Assembly (NCBI GenBank): GCA_038496445.1 | Contig: JALMLS010000076.1 | Location: 235,300-299,299, forward strand | DNA: 64,000 nucleotides | Reading direction: 5' to 3' | Source of the DNA: Trichosphaerium sp. ATCC 40318 | Taxonomy: Eukaryota > Protista > Tubulinea | Shown here: positions 58,984 through 64,000 of the stretch, one piece after another | How the letters are laid out: each line of letters begins with the position of its first letter | Numbering within the stretch: position 1 is the first letter of the stretch | The notes under the pieces: generated by a model | The model's input: the letters and a program-made list of their open reading frames with translations, nothing else | Database searches by the model: none | Told to the model about the DNA's origin: nothing | Translations under genes and position numbers: made by a program

Positions 58984-61900
58984 ATGAGTGAAGACGCTGC
59001 ACCAATAACAGGTACACACACTATTTTATTAACCCTCTGAGGGTAAAAACGCATTCAAATAATATTTATCGTTAATTTGTTTTGTTGTAGAGCAAAGCGT
59101 ATCTCCTGGTACTACTAGATGGTTTTTAAAATACCAATAACATTTTTAGATGAGACAACGCCAAATGAGCCTCAAAATGATCCTATGGGTACATTTATTC
59201 CTTGCACATGAATTTTAAAGGCGTACTAACGAACTAAAAGAGACTGAAAGTGTGGTTCAAGCGACACCGGACACTAATTCCGCAGAAGTGCCTCAAGATG
59301 CGCCAGTACGTATAAACAACGTCTCAGACGAAGAACCAAAAGCAATGACACTTCAATTTTACAAACCCGTTTATCACGCTAACACGTCCACAAGGCCCCT
59401 CAAGAACAATTTGATATACCACCAGAACCAGAATCATCCCTGGACGACTGGAAGATGCATACAACGCCAGAAGGCACACCATACTTCCATAACGCTGTAA
59501 CCAATGAAACAACATGGATAAGACCGCTAGGATTCTTATCGGTGCGTTATCGTTTAGAAAAATGGACTAGAAGCAAGTTTACAAGCTTATTTTTTCATTT
59601 TTTTTTGCAAAAATCTGCTTTTTCTTCGTTCAGATGTCATTGTAGAGACTTATATTTACTACCTAGGAGGAAGAGAAAAAGAGGCCAGTGTCATCGTACG
59701 TACCTTGGATTGCGCTATGTATGTAAAACGCTTTTCTTTTCGTTTCAGCAAGACAAAAAAACAAAAGTTGGTAAAAAAAATTCATGACGTTTTTTCGCGA
59801 TTTTGTTCGTTCATAGACCGCCATTATGTATTGAAATTGCATAGTACATATTGTTTCTTTATTATTTTTGGTCTATTCTTTTAGTACATATTAGTGGAAC
59901 GTTTTTATTTCGGGGTCTTTTGGCGGCGTATTTTTTTTTTGTTTTTTTTTTTAATATGGTCTCGTAGCGATCGTATCGGAACTACTGATTGGATGATTGT
60001 ACATACAGCTGGTGGAACACCTTATTACCACAATAGTGTCACTAATGAAACTACTTGGTCACTACCAAGTAATTTAAACTCCAAACCACAACTCCAAGAC
60101 GAAGCTGAAAACAAAAGAAAGGTAACCAATTTTTTTGGAACAAAAAAAGACTTCGCTCTCCATACTTCTATCATTTTGAGGTTATTTTAGTTTATATTGT
60201 AAGGTGTATGTATGTATGCTAATAAGTGATAGGCTGATGAAGCGGGACTTGATGAGAATGCCCCATCACCTAAAAAAGCTAAAAAAGATGAAGGACCTCC
60301 TCCTTTAACACATGATGAACGTATTGAGCTTTTTAAGACTTTACTACGTGAACACGATATAACACCTGTCACTACATTCCAAAAACTAGCTCCACAACTT
60401 GTTTACGATAAGAGATTCACAGGCAAGCATTGAAACACCAAAAACCTTTTTTTTTTGTTGAAATCTTGACACTTTTTTTCCTTAATTTTGTGAGCCTGTG
60501 CCTCGTTTGTGTTCACATTTTTTGGTTGGATTCTTATTTGGAGTTTTCATCTAGCTATTCAGACGCAGTCAGAAAGAAAATCAGTGTTTGATGGGTTTGT
60601 TCTTGAGCGTCAAAATGAAATCTTGAAAGAAAAAGAAATGGCAAAGAAGAAAGCTAAAGAGAACTTTGCTATTACTATTGAGGATATGGTAGATGATGAA
60701 AAGATTGATCCTGATATTACTTGGTCTGAATTCAAGAAGAAGGTTTCAAAAGAAAAATGGTATCAAGTCGTTAAAAGTAAGGCAAGCGTGTACCTCTTTT
60801 TTTTTTCTTGTTTTTTCTGAGAAAGTCAGAAAAAACAACCAAAGACATTCTTGAATTGTTCTTGTTCTTATATATTTTTATAGGATCGTGAAAAACTATT
60901 TAATGAAGTTATTGAGCCTATACGCGATGAATATCTTGCACGTACGCCTTAGAATTGTTTCTTATACTCGTCACAACATCAACTCTAGTCTGAATTTTTT
61001 TTGTTTTTGGCGCTTGTTTTATGTTTTCAAATATCTGACTTGTGTTCTCTTTTAGAATTGAAGTATGCCATGTCGGATTTTAGAGAGCTTCTTGAAGAGC
61101 AGGAAGATATTACAGGAAGTTCTAAATTTGATGAGGTCATGGAGATTATTGAGAAAGATGAACGTTTTGGTAAAGATTCTCTTCGAGAACGTCATAGACG
61201 TCGCATTTTTAAAAAGTATGTCGGCGAGCTACGAAAACAAGAGGATGAAAAGGCAAAGAAAAAGAAACGTGAGGAAGCAGCAAGACGTGCTAGGGAGGCT
61301 GAAGTTCGTCGTATTAAGCGAGAGCAGGCAAGAACATGTTTTGATTTTTTTTTTGATTATTTTGGTTTTTTTTTCTGGTCAGAAGTTCTTCTTTTGGACC
61401 GCTTCGTCGTGACCTATCTATTAAAAATATAAGCAAGTGTTTGTAGCTTAATTGGTTAGAGCCGTCCGCTGTTAACGGGAAAGATGGTGGTTCAAGTCCA
61501 CTCAAACACGCTTTTTGGCATACTTTTTGGGGAATATGCATAACGCGGCTTTTTTCGTTTTTTGTATTGTTATTTGTTTAACTGCTTTGTCGTCTAATGG
61601 AGGTTTTTTAGGATAGAAAAACTAATAGTAGAAGGTCTAGGCTGGAAGAAGACGAAGCATACGCTAATTTTAAAGCTTTACTTGCTGAGAATATTCAAGA
61701 TCCATCAGTACGTCCTTTCATTTTTTTTTTCCTTTTTTGTTTGTCCTTTTTCTCGTTTTCTTCTTATTTGCTTTTCTGTCGTATTGAAGTATATGCTTAT
61801 TTTTTATTATCTAGACTGTATGGGAAAAGGCACAGCAGAGGTTAGAACACGATAGACGGTTTTTGACACGTTTGATTCCGAGAAGCGAAAAACAACGTAT

Positions 61901-63079
61901 GTTTGTTGATCACTTACAGGATTTACAGAGTGTACGCTAGTTGTTTTATGTTTTTGTTACTAACGATGTAACTAGGTAAAATACAGAGACTTTAGACAGC
62001 TCCTTGAGGAGCAAGATATAAAGATAACATCTAGATGGCCTGATGTTTGTAAAGATATTGAAAAAGATGAAAGATTTTCATCTGTTAGTAAAGATAGACG
62101 TCGTGAGTCTTTATTTGAAAAGTACAGATCAGAACTTGAACGTAAAATATACGAGGTATGTATAATCATGTTTACAACGTAAAAACAGATGACCCTGCAG
62201 GCTGAAAACAGTTAGGATCTTTTTTGAGAATCTGTTTCCCAAAATTTTCCTTGAATCTTGTGCTTACTGACACTGTCTTGTAGCAATTTGATAAATTACT
62301 CAATGATACACCACAAATTAGTTGTGCTACTCCAATTGAGGGAGACGAATTTGATCAAATAATAAACTACATGCGGGTACCCAAAAGCTTTTTTTTTTGT
62401 TTGGTCTTCTTCAAAAACAATCCTTTGTTTATTTGTCTTGTGTAGGGCGATAGGCGGTGGAAAGAACTTGATGTAGTACCAGAAACACGTTTACGTAAAT
62501 TACGAAACTTTATAAAAGACTTAAAGGCCAAGGCAGAGAAAGGTATTCAACCAAACCCCAACCAGTTTTTTTCTCTTGATTTCAATTTTATTTTGTTTGT
62601 GTGGTTTCTGATATCACGTGTTTTGGAGGTTTATCCTTTTTTTTTATTTTTTACCCTTGTCTCTTGTTAATTTCTTTGTAGCAACGAAAGGAGGTAAACT
62701 AGAACTCCCTTCACGTGATTCTAGAGATAAAAGAGACAGAGGAGATAGGAGAGGTGATCGCCGTCATAGAAGAGATGACAGAGATCGTGATAGACATGAT
62801 CGTGGTGATAGAGACCGTAGAGATCATGGTGGAAGAAGTGACAGGAATAGAAGAAGAGCCGTGATCGTTACAGAGACAGCGGAGATAGAGATAGGTAAAT
62901 GATATTGCTCAGTTGTTTAGAATGACTTTCCTTTTACGTTCTTTTTATTTTTGCTATTGCTGATGCTTTATCATAGGCGAGATGATCGTGATGACCGTGA
63001 TAGAAGGAGAAGAGATCGTAGAGATCATTCTAGAGATAGAGACGACAGCAGGCGTAGTGATAGAAGATCAAGACATTGA
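58984..63079 (+). CDS. TCERG1: WW- and FF-domain splicing/transcription factor (TCERG1/PRP40C type) with RD-rich tail
   Basis: Two WW domains (WKMHTTPEGTPYFHNAVTNETTWIRP; WMIVHTAGGTPYYHNSVTNETTWSLP); several FF domains (FKTLLREH..DKRF..ERKSVF; FRELLEE..DERF..RRIF); Arg/Asp-rich C-terminus. Confidence 0.85.
61437..61510 (+). tRNA. trnN-GTT: tRNA-Asn(GTT), intronic
   Basis: Acceptor gtgtttg/caaacac + G73; D arm gctt-aattggtta-gagc; anticodon loop ctGTTaa; T arm ggtgg-ttcaagt-ccact; T5 terminator immediately downstream. Confidence 0.9.
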
Positions 63080-63753
63080 TGTTTGTAATAAAAAAAAAGA
63101 AACAAATTATTGTCTAGTGAGTTCTGAAGTTATTTTTTTTCCAGCTGAAAGCTATCGATTCTATCGAAAAAGTTTTCGACGTACAAACTTAAAATCTGTT
63201 ACAGAGCACCAAGGTACGCCATTCTGCCATTACTCATCGCTGGATTTTTCCGTAATCATAAGCAACTGCACTGAAATTGAAGTGAGCCCTTGAGAGAGCA
63301 ATACTACCAATAACGCACGGTTATGGACCTTAGATTTTTCTTGCCCTTGATGTTGAAATTGTACTATAATGTGGTTTTAACGGGTTCTATTCCAGACCAT
63401 TTTCAATATTAATGAGCTAGAATAATCATTGTGCACTCCGTTTGGTGACGGATCGATTGAGCTTTGGGACTTCATTGAGATATCCTTTTTTGGAGGGTTC
63501 GAGTTAGTGCTCTCTTCACGTTAAAATACACTTCTTTTCTCAAAACAGATAGGTAATATCAACTCATATGTCGTCTATCTACGTTGTCGCATTTTTACTT
63601 ACAGCTGAAATATTGTGCGTACCTTCACACGAGTAATTGAGGGATAACCCGCATAATTTTTCGGCTGGCTATCTCTATGCTTTTTTTACCACTTTATTTG
63701 TACCTGTCACATGACTCAACAAAAAACTCTTTTGGACTAAAACCAACTTTTAT

Positions 63754-63980
63754 TTAACGTGTGAGGTTGTGTACAGCTGCTGCAAGAAAGACAAGGTAGT
63801 CCATTTGGATGGCTGGCCCAAACCACGCTTTTGATAATTTTTTGAATTTATTCTTTATCTGGCCAAATGGGCACTCCACTCGTGCACGGAAAGTTCTGAT
63901 AGCTGCATTGTACTTGCGCTGTTTCTTAGTGAGTACTTTGATACTTCTCCCAGTTTTTGTCTTGGTGCTATTCCGTGGTT
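63754..63980 (-). mobile_element. Last exon of a PIF/Harbinger (DDE_Tnp_4) transposase; rest lies beyond the window
   Basis: LTKKQRKYNAAIRTFRARVECPFGQIKNKFKKL...LVFLAAAVHNL* matches the N..R..VE..FG.lK.kF..L...lHN C-terminal signature; preceded by ctaat...aag acceptor. Confidence 0.82.
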
Positions 63981-64000
63981 CTTTTAAATTAGCATGTATT

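Noticed and set aside
63480-63490. ATATCCTT, a U12-type donor motif
   Set aside because: No supporting plus-strand exon or U12 branch site

Overview
Eukaryotic, AT-rich (~35% GC), gene-dense window with many short (~40-100 nt) spliceosomal introns; the gene content (filamin-like protein, TKL kinase, PA-domain 7TM protein, peroxidase) points to an amoebozoan-like protist (inference). Gene models were spliced by eye, so boundaries are approximate. Multi-exon genes: coiled-coil protein, macro-domain+TKL kinase, DCP2, GH79, F-box/jacalin, PA-7TM, ABTB1, heme peroxidase with a DNRLRE-like domain, Reeler protein, AIG2/GGCT, GT32, Pro/Thr-rich surface protein, filamin-like protein, TRM10 and a WW/FF splicing factor (TCERG1/PRP40 type) with a tRNA-Asn inside an intron. 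Interleaved is an intron-poor family of F-box + repeat-solenoid genes (three 21-aa LRR type, one MORN_2 type) with inverted, decayed partner copies; in three pairs the F-box-side module is ~94% identical while the repeat arrays are divergent or deleted. This is the best candidate for an undescribed system (a diversifying SCF receptor repertoire). Other signals: ~10-fold excess of CACGTG over a base-composition expectation, clustered GC-AG introns, a MITE-like element upstream of two F-box genes, and the last exon of a PIF/Harbinger transposase at the right edge.
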